Source: Daphnia carinata (Eukaryota). Taken from it: a DNA stretch of 64,000 nucleotides. Position numbers and translations under genes: made by a program. The stretch covers positions 7,378,001 to 7,442,000 of the forward strand of contig NC_081331.1 in NCBI RefSeq assembly GCF_022539665.2. The letters are read 5' to 3'. Shown here piece by piece: positions 13,401 to 27,100 of the stretch (positions are counted from its first letter, which is position 1; each line of letters starts with the position of its first letter). The notes under the pieces were generated by a model. It saw only the letters and a program-made list of their open reading frames with translations. It was not told where the DNA came from and searched no databases.

Positions 13401-15524
13401 TCAAATCTACATTTCTTTTGTTGTCGCCACATTGCTGTGCATGCAGCCGTTATTCGTTCGACGGAATACAGGACGTGATTTGAAAAAAAAAACTCCAAAT
13501 CAACAAAGTGTTAACAAAGACTTAACTAGTCCTTTAATGGGCATTATTTAAAATAAGAGCATAAAATTTAAGGTTATTCCTATATGCAGTATTTATCGTT
13601 GGACACCGCCTGACTAGCAAGGATCACCCTCCAGCCTCCCCTTTTTCCTTTTAAATGCTTTAAATAAACAGCAAAAGGCTCAAGTCTGTGAACTGCTGCT
13701 GGTGGCTGGCTACGAGTTTGGTTCTTATCGTTGAGAACCACCATCACCACCCCCTTTCTTTTTTCTCCCTTCTTTTTCCTCTTTTCTATTTCCCTAGTGG
13801 GCTTCGATCCCTTTTTCTCTTCTTTTCGATGGCCTTCTCCCTACCCCACCCTCAACCTCCTCCGCTCAGCCACCGCAGTGTGAGAGGAGGAAACGGGAGG
13901 AGGGGGATGTTGGAGTCGACCAATTGAATTCGTTTCCCCCAGTCGTGAGGCCTTGACCAATCGCGTGCAGCGTGTCCGTTTCTTTCTTTTTCATATGTGT
14001 GTATATGTTTTTTTTTTGGGGCTGGTTTGAACGTTTTTCCAACATGGCCGACTCGTCTCCAACTTCGAAGGCCTATCCTTGTAAATCCCTGTAGAAAGAG
14101 AGCAAAGAAAGTATTGTTAGTAAACATTTATTTTTTTCCAATCTTTTAAAACGGATGTGCTTGTTCTATAAAATATGGAACGGACGTCTTGCATGACGAG
14201 GGTTCCAGCATCTTTAAAATTTCACTCTCAAGCTTTTTTAAAAACAACAGTTCAGAATTTAAAGCAAATATATAGAAATAATAAATTGTTTAACGTTTTC
14301 CGTTATGTTTCCAAATCTTTACCACTTTGTTCTTAAAACAACGGCTAATAACAATCTACACTAATTTATTGCAGTTTAAGGTGTGATACTTTGCTGCTTA
14401 AATCGCGTTTCGGTAAAAACGTCATAATTAACAAACCGAAACGAAAGATGCCGGCAAGAGGTATTACCATTCAAAGAATATATGCAAAGCAAGTCTAACT
14501 GTCCCCCTCCCCCCGTTATTTCTTTCCTGAAGGGAAATTTGTGATGAGGTGACAAAGTGATAATGTAGGGGCGAAAACGGTGTTGGTCGTTGACACGTTC
14601 TTATTGATCACCAGAAGAAGAGAGAGAGAGACCTTTGCGCGAGGCGCCAGAAGTCCGAGATCATCAAAGCTTCGTAATCGAGTCGGGTATCAGAGAGCCA
14701 CTCAGCAGCTGCATACCCTTCTTTCCACCCCTCTATACATATACGGCGACCATCAAACATGCCCACTACATCAATCAGACTCGAGGCACGAACTCGAGTG
14801 AACAAAAGTGGACGACAGATATATATGTATATACTACATGTTCCGTAGAATGTAAAATTTGATTCTCCATTTTTTTTTTTAACTTGATGCGCGTTGGATA
14901 AACGATAAATACGATGGCCCCTGACTATTTGCATGTACTGTATATACAAGAAAAGCGATGGGAAGAAGGGGCAGGAGGAAAAGAGATATCCGATTGGACA
15001 TTTCAAAGTTGTTGGAATGATGCACGCAAAAAAAAAAAAGGAGGACGCTGCTAGAGGCTCAGAGAAGCAAAAGAAGAAAAAAAGAGGATTGTTATTGGAT
15101 TTGAGAGGCTGCAATGGCGTCGGCGTCGGGAATTCGTAGCGCTGGAGAAAAAAAAAAGAGGGAGGGGGATAGTGAGGGGTCCCGATGCAACTATATGCAA
15201 AGGAAAAAGAAAAGGGTGAGGACGGAAAAAGGATGGAAGGGATAAATAAAAAAAAAAAAAAAGAAAAAGGAGGAGTAGTTTGTGCGATGGACACGGGAGG
15301 AGGAGTGTGTCGCTTCGAGTCGATAGAGACAATAGAAGTTCGGCGGGAGGATGTTAGATATTGGGTGGACTGGTAGAGGAGGAGAAACGCGGAACCAGCA
15401 TAGTGGTGCTATATACGATATATAGACTGCTGCTGTGGGAGAAAGAAAGAGACTGAAAGAGAAAGAGAGAAAAGGAAAAAAAAAAAAGAGAGGCCTCACG
15501 CAAATTGTCCACCTCCTCGGTTCC

Positions 15525-15550
15525 CTCTCTCTCTCTCTCTCTCTCTCTCT
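15525..15550. repeat. (CT)13 microsatellite inside a ~900 bp GA-rich low-complexity block (~14950-15780)
   Basis: Read directly. Confidence 0.9.
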
Positions 15551-18140
15551 TTAAACGAAAAAAATAAAACACGAAAAAGAAGGGGATGAAGGAATAAAAA
15601 GGAGAAAGAATTAGGGAAAAGAAGCGAAGAGGAGAAGGAGGGAATCGAACAACACACGAACACGATGGAAGGAAGCAAAACGGGAGGGAGGAAGGAGGCT
15701 AGAGGAGAGCGGGGAGGGGTATACAAAAAAAAAAGAGGGAGGAAAGACGAATAAAAGAAGAGAAGACGAGAGTAGTTTTTCTCTACTATATACCGAGCCT
15801 GCTGCTCTGGTTGGGCGATGGTCGCCTGGAGACGCTGAAAATCAATAGCGTGAAGGCTATACGTCCACCTCTTCCTTTTTTTTTTTTACATTTTTTTTTT
15901 TTATTTAATGCAGTTTTCTCTCGATCCTTCTTTTTTTTTCACTCCGCCCCTTTCCAACTCTCTTCTTTTCGCCGTCGATATAAAAAAAAAATCTTTGCCC
16001 TCTGTATGTGCCACTGTACGCGATTTAATGCCGAATAGTAGAATAGCCAAATTGACTGGGGCGTGCGGCTGAGATGTGAGCCGGCAGTGCCAAAAAGACG
16101 TGGTGATGTAGAGAAAATCCGGTTGGAGGAGAGTGAGACAAAAGAACTCGAGCAGACTTTTCAAAAGATCAATACGCTGGTCAACCGACTTCCCACTACG
16201 AATTTTACTCCCTATCTTCCCCCCTTCCCTCCCCTCCCCTTCCCTTCTTTTTATTTCATTTTATTTTTTTTTTTTTCTTCTTTACTTTCCTTAAATTTTT
16301 TATATCTGCAACTTCAGCATCAGCTCACGCGTCCCGATGCCCTCGCCAAATACAATGAAACACTCTTCTGTACAAAAATTAAAGCGCAATCACAGCCAAG
16401 TTTTGCACAAAGTCCGCTATTTACAATGAAAAGAGGCTTTTCGTTTGAAAAGGGAGAACCACACTCGAAACGGTCAACGAAAAGCCAAACATTTCCACTT
16501 AGGAAGCCCTGATGGTGGGCGTCTCCGACACGAACAACTTTGGAGGTGATGTAATCAGCCGCCCGTATTCGTTAACTCAATGAATTTCTAATTAAGAATG
16601 GGCATTTATATACGCATATATGTTGCTTCTGCAATGTAAAAATAAATAGTGAAATATCATGGACTATGCAAGTAACTACATCAAAGCAGGTTAAGTTTGG
16701 GTTTGAAAAAAAAAAATATGTGTGCTTTAAATTAGCCGTCAAATTAGTAGTAGTTTCCTCACCAAATTTTTTGGCCAGCATTTTTTGTTTTTTTCGGAAC
16801 TGACTTTGCTGTAGCCTATATTTGTTTGAAGAGAATTTTCGCTGGGAGAATCCGTTTGCATGTAAAGTCTAATCGAATCAACTTGGAGGTGATCGAATTA
16901 CGCGGAAAAACCTCCCCTCTGTATTCAAACAACAAAACAAAACAAAAAAAAACGAAGAAATATAAAACAACACAAAGAATGACTTGATTGATTTAATGAG
17001 AGGAAAAAAAAAAGGAAAAAGAAAAAAAAAGGAGAAATGAAAGAAGCTAACCTATTGCACCGTGACTCAACTAACGGATCGAATTACTCTGTTAGGGAGA
17101 AAAGAAAGTGAATGCCTGCCAGGAGATATAATTAGCTGCTGTTTTTGTCCCCAACACAAAGAGGGGTTGACATGTTGCTATTGAATTGGTTAAAGGTCTC
17201 CAATTCAATGTCCGCTGACATGTAGACACACATGGCACATATAGACGCATGTGTGTTAGGTAGGGCTATATAGACGTTGCTGTGTTTTGTAACCTATTTC
17301 TAGGTTACTTCCATTCTCTTTTTCTTCTTGTCCTTAAGGAGTTAAGTCTATACACCTATGTTTGTTTTTAAAAAGTATTCCATTTTGGAAGACGAAAGAA
17401 ATGCCCTGGAGAATGTTTTCACAGTTATTGACTGTATATACTCATCCGGCAGTGGAGGACTAGACGTGGGGCATATATCAGACGTGGTGAAAGGCGGGCG
17501 CGTCTGATGGACGAGGGTTATATAGAGCACTTCATTTAATGAGTTGTTAGCCTTCCGAATCGAATACTTTAGCGGAAGGGTCTCTATTTTTTTGTTTTTC
17601 GTTTTTTTTGCTCTCCTAGACTGAGTTATACGTAGTAGATTACGTATCCAACTCCGCACAACAAAAGCAGAATCTTACGGGAGCTTTTACATAGCCGTTT
17701 ATTATTCAAACTTTTTTTTAAGTTTCAAATTGGCTGTTTGTTATTTAAACCGAAATTACTTCTCACAATAATAATTGGCCTGCATATTCTTTTTAAAGTA
17801 GGTAGGCATTCCTGATTTTCGGCTTTTACAAAAAAAATAAAAAAAATAAGCAATGTACGAAACAGATCAAAGGATTGCTGGTTCCTTGCTTTACTTTCTG
17901 CAATTCTGACCGGCACCTTTATAATGAGGTATTCCGTGGCAGGGACAGCCTATTAAGTGGTTGATCATCTTCATCAAGTAGCCGATGTAAGCTGTATAGT
18001 CTACAACAGTAAACATTTGCCAATGGACCAGTCATGAACCGAGTTTCGATGAGGACAATATACAATGCCTGATTTAAACCCAAGTGTATGAAAGCTAAAC
18101 ACACTTGTTGCAGGTTAGCTATTCACATAACTATGACATA

Positions 18141-18161
18141 GATATATATATATATATATAT
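18141..18161. repeat. (AT)n microsatellite
   Basis: gatatatatatatatatatat. Confidence 0.9.
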
Positions 18162-21100
18162 TACCAACGTGTGTGAGTAAGGACAAAGTACGAAACAAAA
18201 GTTACGTTTAGAAAGTGTTGCATTTACGGTTAATAATATTATAAAAACACGTATAATCGTAAGGCCATCTACAACTTTTGCAATTAGAGCTGCCCCTGAT
18301 ATGATTTGCGTTGTCCCTGTGCATAAATTATGATATCAACAATTTCTTTGTTGACGGCAAGTATTTTTTGTCTTCCTGAAAAATGTCAGGTACCTAGAAA
18401 TGATCTAAACCAAAAGACTCGAACAAAGCAGCAAAATTTTAGTACCTAATCCCTTACTGTGAACGCTATTTAAACGAGTAAACGGCAGAGTCATGACGTT
18501 AAAAACGTCAGTTCAGACGCATTTTGATTTGGTTGAAACATTAGCCAATACAATATCTCAAATTTAATAATGTTCGATTATTGAACGCCTTCCAATAATG
18601 TAGCTCGAATATTTCTATAGAAGTTTGCTCAAACAATGAAGTATTGCGGTTCGTTGTTGAACAGTTGACAAATTCCTTTGTTGCTTCATTACATGATTAA
18701 ACGGACAACCGTTGAAGTTGTTCGTGAATGCGGATGGATTATCCAATGTTTACACCGTAATTGTGTTCTACAGTGTAGACTAGGTCTATAATAAGAGAAA
18801 TCAATAGTTTTATTTTGGGCCGCGTGTAAATGCTTCGTTTCTATGGGATTGTTGTATGCGGAGGCCGAGTAACTTGAAATCGAAACAGATGGAAAAGGAC
18901 GTGGACCGGATGCCTGTTTTCGGCAGCCCCTTTCCCCACCCCGCTCCCCTCTTCTTTGAGCTGGGATTTCAATCAAATTCCCCGTATTTAATTTCAACAC
19001 AGCAGGCCCAGCATGTTGCAGCAGTTCTCCGTTAAGTTTCACCCCCTCGCTTCGTTTGGGCTCCGCTCTCTTCTACCTTTCGCTCAACGTCAACTCGAAA
19101 CTTGTACAATCTAATGGCACTAGGCCCTGTTATTCCATCCATCAGCCGTGCCTCAGAATATGTTTATATGCTGTGTATATATACTATATGCCTCCAACAT
19201 TCTTTGGCGGCCGAAAAATTTCGGCGACAACCAGGTAGACGCTGCCTAATGATCACGAACCTGCTATTGCGATGGCATTGCGGTACGCACATCAAAGTTG
19301 TGACGCTTTGATTAATCTGCTCGTCTCGCTCTAAGGAAAGTCTATTCTGAAACTATTTCTGTCCGTTTTTTTTTGTTTTGTCCGTTTTCTGGGTTCTCTT
19401 GTGCTATCGGAACATAAAATCCTAAGCGTGATATGGGTAAGGCCTTTTACCGCTAGATGACTCTGTCAAATATGTATACCTTCAGGGTACACCAATCGGC
19501 GCTTTTGCCAACCGACCACAAACAAAATCAAATTTAATTTACTTGAAAACCAAATTGGAATTGGAATTTGGCAACACGGACAAGGGGTGATCTTTTCATT
19601 TTCTCACGCCCGTAGGAGAACGAAAATGAAGTGAAGTGAAGCAATCCATTTTTGTTATGATACGATTTCAGTTATCGGGTGTATACGCGTGGCTGTGATG
19701 GCATGTAGCACATACAGCGGGCTGATGAGAAAGGATTGGCAGAGGTGAGTTGTGTGCACTGCCGAGTAGGTTTCATCGATTGTACGTAGTCGACGGAGTA
19801 GACGGCCTCTGCCATCATATTCAAGAAACGTCTATAATCTCGTGCTCGTCTGTGAATGGAGGCAAATTCAATCACTTGAGAAATTGGAATCGGGAATCCC
19901 TATCCGGGGAAAGTGAAGAGGAGAGTCCTCCAGATCAATTCCAATACCCGCTCGGTCAAAATCAAATTTTTTTCTTATATAGGTGGTGAACAAGCCGCCC
20001 ATGGTATGAGCTAAGCTTCGATGGGGAAAAAAAGGGGGGAGGGAGGACTCTGTGATTGAAAACTTTGGGCACCAACACCCACCTGCCCAAATACAATCTT
20101 CTCTCAGACTATACATGTAATAAAAAAGTACATTAGATTTAACAGACCTTTTTCATCATACTTTTTACGTAGACCGATCGATATTTACGAGATCGTAACC
20201 TTGAGGAGAAACATCATTGCTTGCGTTCGAAAACGACGCAACAGTATATAATTGGGTGCAAATGTTTACGAACTTGCAGAGCTTTGCTTATCCATTGCTA
20301 CAATGATTGTTGAATTATAGCTGCACTCGTCGCGTAAAAGAACGGTGCTTGTTATTGCGTGCATTTGCGTTGTCATTACAACGAAAGGGAATGTGATCCA
20401 TTTCCAAACACGATTCAAAAATCGAATTAGCAAAAAAAGAAGCAAAGCGATTAGATACACTTTGATCCAGGTATTAGAAAGGGGTTGCTGGCATTTTCAT
20501 TAGCACAACCTGCGTTTTCTTTAGCACCTTCCTTTCCTCTCTCCCCTTTTTATTGTAATTGCGGCGTTGCGCTGACAAGGGGGGATCATTGCCACGTCGT
20601 TGGATGTGGTCTTAATTGTCTCCCGCGCTTTCTACCACGTTTTTTAAACAAAACAATCCTTATTCGGTCATTGCTGCTCCTTCTCCTTGAGCCGCCATTT
20701 TTAGAATCGTGATGCATATAATTTACAGGCCTTCATGGTTCTTTGAGGGCCAGTCGTTTCGATGGCACCTCCATCCTTTTTTTTTCTTTGTCTAAATTCA
20801 CTTTTTCTTTCAAACTCTTACTTTCTTTCAAGTTTCTTTTGCTGTGTGCGTGTGTAAGTGCATACTCTGCCTCCCTTTTCTCTAGTAAATAATAGCCACT
20901 TGAATGACGACACGTTATAAGAAGTTACGCTTGGGGCTGGGCAAAGAGTCACTCAACTCCAATCTCTCGAGCCACACCCATTACACAAGTACATCATGGC
21001 CATTTTCGTCCATCTCCTCATTAGGTCTATTATGACGCACACCTCGAGACCCTTGTTTGTGGCCCTGAGCTTCCGCAACATCTCCTTGCTTGCAATACCG

Positions 21101-24100
21101 TTTATCCCATGATCACAGCTTCAAGATAAACATTTTTGTTTCAATCCATAATATTTTTTTAAAAATCGTCAATAGTTCAATTTAAAATTTGAAATTGAGG
21201 AGTCATTTTTTAAGGGATGTAAAGAGGGTAGCGGAGGGAGCGGCAACAGAGGGAATGAGGAGCAAAGACTATTTCCTTATCTCTCCTTTTTTTTCGCCGT
21301 TTTTTATCGTTTGTTATTTTATTTATTTTCCTTTTTTTTTTGTCTCCCGCTTTTGTGTATGAAGTTGGGGGACCGAATACTCGTTTCATTTCATAACATT
21401 GTGGGGGGTCTACAGTCAACTACTATCCCCCACTTGAATGCCGTTGAATGATGTACGACTTTTCCGTTTTTTACACCCTTTTCCGCATTGAATGTGCGTC
21501 GACTGGCCTTTTCCAAGTTGCTCAGTCAGCCTGAACCATTGGTATATACACTACATTTTTCTTTTCCCCCTTTGGCGGCCAGTGTGTATCATAAGGTCAC
21601 ATATTTTATAACTATTTATACATCGCAATAATGAAATAACGGGCTCGAGTTCACACAACCTAACGAACTTCACCAATCATTTCTTCTTTCTATTGTTTTT
21701 TTTTTAATATAAAAAAAAAACTCTTATGAGCTGAAGCTCATAAAATGACAAGAGACAAACGAAAAAAATGAGGATGGAGGAAAAAGTTTGAAATTTCCCG
21801 AATTTGGTTGCTAACAGGTTAAACTAACAAATCAAAGCGTTTGTTTGTAGAAATCGTGTATAGGCCTGCACAGGAAACAGTGCATGGCGTAGTCGACCTA
21901 TTGAACTGCCTCAGAAGAATGACATTGCTTTTATCATTGGACCGATTGTCAACCAGCTGGAACCCCACGAACTTTCGTATATGTGTGTTTTTTCAAGAAT
22001 AGAGGGTTCGTCCTATTGATGATTGGGACCATCAAACCTCAGCATTGAAAAAAAAAATCAATGGGAACTTTATCTATGTATACACATAAAAAACCAAACA
22101 GCCAGGACAGGGCATATAGACAAAAAAAAAAAAAATAATTCAAAGGGTTCAGATTTTATGTGTGTGCTCTCTTTTTTTTTCAATAAAAAAAGTGAGGGGG
22201 GAGGGACGTATCCCTTTCGTAGACTCACCGGTTCAGAAGCAGATGCGTCTGTGTTTGCACTCCTCTATTTCTACTCTATAGATTTTCATTTTCCTAGTTA
22301 AAAAAAAAAAAAAAACTTCGATCAAAACTGGACTTGAAAAAAAAAAAAATGTTTTGAGTAACCTACCCACTGCCAATTTTCCTTCCCCTTTCATTTCAGA
22401 GAGAATAGAAAAATTATATAGTGTGGGAAGAGAGTCAGTCTATGACTGCCTATGCTGTTGGCTTGGCGATCGTGTAGGCCTACAGTCGATGGCGAATTCT
22501 TTCTATTCAGTGCCCTGGTATCAAATAGTGACTGTGCATGTTTCATCGTTGCTGCCTTTCATTCACATTTGTTTATTCTTGATCGTCGATGTTAGCAAAC
22601 CGATGCTATATAAAGTAAGTCTTTCATATCGCCATTGATAAATTATTATCTTACATTTTAGGTGATCAGCTTTTCTTCCGAAGCCATTGGTACGCGCAGA
22701 GCGAACACATAACTAACGCTGATTGAACGGCTTGTAGGAGTCGGTGTGTTGTAAAAATTCCGCCATGTGCGCCATTGACCAAGGAATCCCTCTTGACGTG
22801 ATTCACCTTTTATTCCAACGGTATAACGGGATATTCAAAATAGTATGGAATTTGGGAATTTGGCTCGCGTGTATCGTTGGGACTCGTATAGCCTAAATAT
22901 TGAACTCTTGAATGGGAATTATTTAATCTTAATCGCTATGCCTTTCATTCTAATCGGATAGTAGCTCACGTTCTACTCGACCCTTTATTCTAGATATAGA
23001 TATATTTACGGTAGAATGGCTAAACAAGTGAACATTGCATTCCGTTCGAAATGGAGAACTTGTGCTTTTATTGCTTTTTTTTTGTTGGTTGGACTTTGCG
23101 ACGGATCGCTGCCCTGACGCTGACGATCGGATGTTCATGACAACTTTTGAGTCACAGGCCAAAATAAAACTCCGCCCCCTTTCACTCGACCGACTTAGTC
23201 TCCCCCACCCTTTTTTCTTTTTTTTTTTTTTTTTCCTTTCTTCTTTTTTTTTTTTCTTTTCTAGAACTTTTAAGAGCGCAGGCCTAACACACATAGTGTA
23301 GACACAAGAGTGCATGCCCAGCAAACATAGAGAAGAACTGTTCAATTCCAAATATTGATCGGTAGGGAAAAACGCCAGAGTCGGCTCTCATTTATATGCA
23401 TATAGACACACTCTTTTGGCCTGGTGCCCACCCACACTGGTTTATAGGCCGGACAACGGTCGGCTGGCCCTCTCCCTTAACACACATATACCACGCCCTC
23501 GTCTCTCTTCTTTGCCTCCTCTTAAAAATGGCCGCGGTCCTTTAACCTGCCTCGATTTCCCTTTCGAGCCGTCCTCCTTCTTTTCTTAGATTTTTCTTTC
23601 TATAGCGCTGAGGCCTAAACAGCCGGAACATACTGCTCCCATACTATATAGTACAGTCATGTAATATCTATCCATCTAGCTAACCGTCATGTATCGACGC
23701 AGTCGGCCATTTTGAAATGGTTTTTTTTCTCTGTTCAATAGCCGTGAATAATGTGGAGGTGCTGCTGGCCAAGAAGGAGAAGTCAGATACGTGCAAAAAC
23801 AAAAACAAAACAAACATCGTTCCATATTCATTCAAAGCTGAACGTATCGATGCACGTTGTACGTATTGTGGCGTATACAGACAGTACAGATATAAGCATA
23901 GGCAGCCAACATTAGCGCGCGATGGCAAAGTTTTTACCTACACTCTTTACGATCGACGTAGGATGCCACTTTTGTCTCGCCGACAACTTTGTGAATGAAT
24001 GAAACACTTGCAATCCTTTGGGATTATTGTTATCATAATTCATTGTCCCTTTTTTTCCCTAAAGCTTTTCTTACAGCGTTGGTGGTGAATGGCCTAATCG

Positions 24101-27100
24101 AAAGAAAATCGATCACAACACGATCTCTGAACATGGCCAGAAAATTCAACGCAGGACATAACGAGTATCTCGCGTTATCCGACACTCGGCTCGTTATATT
24201 CCCGTCACCATTAAAAACAGGACATTGTAAAAACTCGGTGTCTATCCGGTGCACGCTAAAAATCTGTTTACGTCACACAAGTTGTCGTGCCGAAAAAGAA
24301 ATAGGCAAAAATTACGATTCGATATTTGCGTTAGCTGAGGCATACACGCTGGAACAGAGCGTCACGTAAGAAAATGGAGGAGGGATAAATAAAGATGGAT
24401 AGAGAAATAAAGAAACAAGTCGCAAATGTCCGCTTTCTGAGAAAACGGATGAAACGCGAGAATGTACAAGTAGAAAGTAGTGGCAGGTTTTGGTCCAAGT
24501 GTACTTGACATGTAGCATATAGTCGTGAGTTTGTTCGCTCATTTTTTTTTCTTTTCTATTTTTACTCTCGTAGTGCACAGCAATAGACATTAGATTGAAG
24601 AGCCCCAACAGGGGAAACAGGAAGAGAAAGAAGCTTTTTGCCAGCCATCGTACGCAGAAGGAGCTGAAGAGCTCCGCCGTAAAAGACTGGGAATTGGAGC
24701 GAGAGCGAGGCCCGAAAAGTGGGCACAATGGGCAAGTGTATCACTCGACTGTTAAATGACACGAGAACATCATCGCTTTCGGCTAGAAAAACAAAAATGG
24801 ATCTATCATTTTTAACGGCCAACGAGCAATACAACAATTCAATCGCAATAAATAAAAAAAAAAGAGAAGCACATTTCATTGTTATTTATTTAGCAAAAAT
24901 GTTGCAATTTTTTTCTTTCCAAGAGCCGCTTTAAAACGATTTTCACCAAAATTGCCATTTAAAAAAACACCGTCCAAAAATGTCATCTGCCGTTCTATTC
25001 GTTAACCATAACGCACGCCTGCCGATGTCTATTTGACATAAACGCATGTAGCACGGCAGTTACGCGCGTACCGCAAGACATAAACCCCACAATTTTTTTT
25101 TTGCTATCCTTTTCAACAGAGAAATCCAGATGCCGTGGACCGCGTCTTATTCTTCTGCTTTTCCCTTTACTTTATGTACGGCATAGAATGAGATTGAGCT
25201 CGTTTTAAATCTGCAGGAAGAGGAGTGAGTATAAATATAGAGCCGACGCCGAGCGCGCATAAAGAGTGGACGTGCCTGTTCAATCGTCGACGGGCTTTGA
25301 GAACTGAATTCGCCTTTTCTTTATGTGCTCCTTTCCTTCCACCCTCCGCTTTTTTTTTGTTATTATTATTATTTTTCCTTCCGAGAATAAAAGGAGAAAA
25401 AACGGGAGGCTAAAGGGTGTCCCGACTCTGTGCTTCTTCGTGCTTTTAATACAACATAAGGCTACATCTTTTTTTTTTTTCTCCCTCGTCTTTTTCTTTA
25501 TTTTAATGTGCGGGTGTGCTTCGACTGCCTCGTCCACGCAAGCAGCAACCGATCGATTCTGTTCTTTTTGATGCTGTAAAATATGTCGAGGCTGCCAACG
25601 GTCGGCTGCAGCGCAGCCAGGAATGGCTGTAAATAAGGATGATGGCGAGTGACCATTGAATTTTCGACGCACGTTTCTCATTTGGGAAAGTGACAAAAAT
25701 GAAAATTTGAAAAGCCAATAAAACGAATGCATTTTTCATAATGTTTCCCTTGTCCAAGGAAAAGCTGATATTTCCAGTGTTCCCGCTAACAGGAAGCAGA
25801 ACTAATTCGAAGAAGACTGTGTAGTGGGCGTATAGGTAGGCATGATGTTGTGAAAAAGGAGGGCGCGAAGCGCTGTTTGGCAACTGTCGACATCTTTCCG
25901 CACTACAAAAAGGATAAGCGTATCATAAATGATTGGAAATCAACTGATGAAAGCTGACACCATATAATGGTGTTTCTGGCTCTCAGTTTTAGCTTGTCTT
26001 CCTTTTATCTCATTTTCGTGACACACGCGATCGCTTTGAAAAGGTGGAAAAAATAAATAATAATAAAAACCGGAAGGAAGACGCAAAAAAAAAAAAACTA
26101 GCTCAGGTATATAGAAAGCCAATTAGCGTTCGCTTCTATAGCTGATGCGGATATAAGCTTGCTGTTGACTGCATCAATAATGTTCTCGTAGGTGGCACAG
26201 TTGACAAAGCCAACTGTATCTGCATTTCTTTATGGCAGCTCACCGTCTCCATAGACGATCACGGCCAGTCGGGGGCCCGCCTGTTTTCCTTCTGCATACT
26301 CTTTAGCAGCCATTCCACGCGCCAAACTGCGAACCCCTGAGTCGCACACTTTCTGTTCGACGACTTTATTCCACGCGCCATCACCTCGTCTAAATCCCTT
26401 TGGTCGTAGTCGACATCGTTGCGCTTCTCTCCGATTTCCTTGTGTCGCGCTTTGCCGACGCCGGCTTTCCTCTGCACACCCCTCATACAATACAACATCA
26501 ACATTTTATATAAGGCGTGTTAAGAAAGAAAAAGAAGAGATTCGTATTTTGTAGTGCATGAATGTTTTTCAAGGGCTTTTGCCAATAAGCGGGCGTCAAC
26601 ATGATGCTCAAACGCGTTACAAATGCCAACTTTGGGATTGCTGCTATGATAATAGGCTCGGCTGGTGAGAAGCTTCTTATAAGGTAGGAATCACAAAATG
26701 AACTATTTAATGACGTGACTAATAAAAATAATAAATGTATTAGACGCTACAGTTTAGCAGTGATAACCAAAATGACCATTCAAAAAATGTAGATTTATCT
26801 TTGCATCTGTTCACTAGAAGAAGGACACGTTTCGGCAACACGGGTGGGAAAAAAGCAATGACTTCCTAGCAATGAGAGGTGTGGAAAACTGTTCAAATAC
26901 ATTGAAACAAAGTTAGGCGTTATAATAACAGAGCGAAATATTCCCACGCCTCTAGCCTTGCCGTTTAATAAAAATAAACATGCACGGGGTTACGCAAGAT
27001 GCAAAATATTCATGCGGAATACCAGCGATTGCTCATTATTCATTGTTTGTTTTTGGTCAGACGTTCTTGTCTAGCCATTATTTTACAATCAAGCCGTAAT

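Noticed and set aside
14608..16512. 228-aa and 149-aa ORFs in the GA-rich block
   Set aside because: Low-complexity F/S/L/K translation of homopolymer and microsatellite DNA
19441..19465. GCCTTTTAC (U5 loop 1) and a weak CTCF-like CCGCTAGATGAC
   Set aside because: No flanking U5 stem or Sm site; CTCF match lacks the key 3' positions
24573..24740. Purine-rich exon-like segment after a good acceptor
   Set aside because: Weak donor, no partner exons and no recognisable protein
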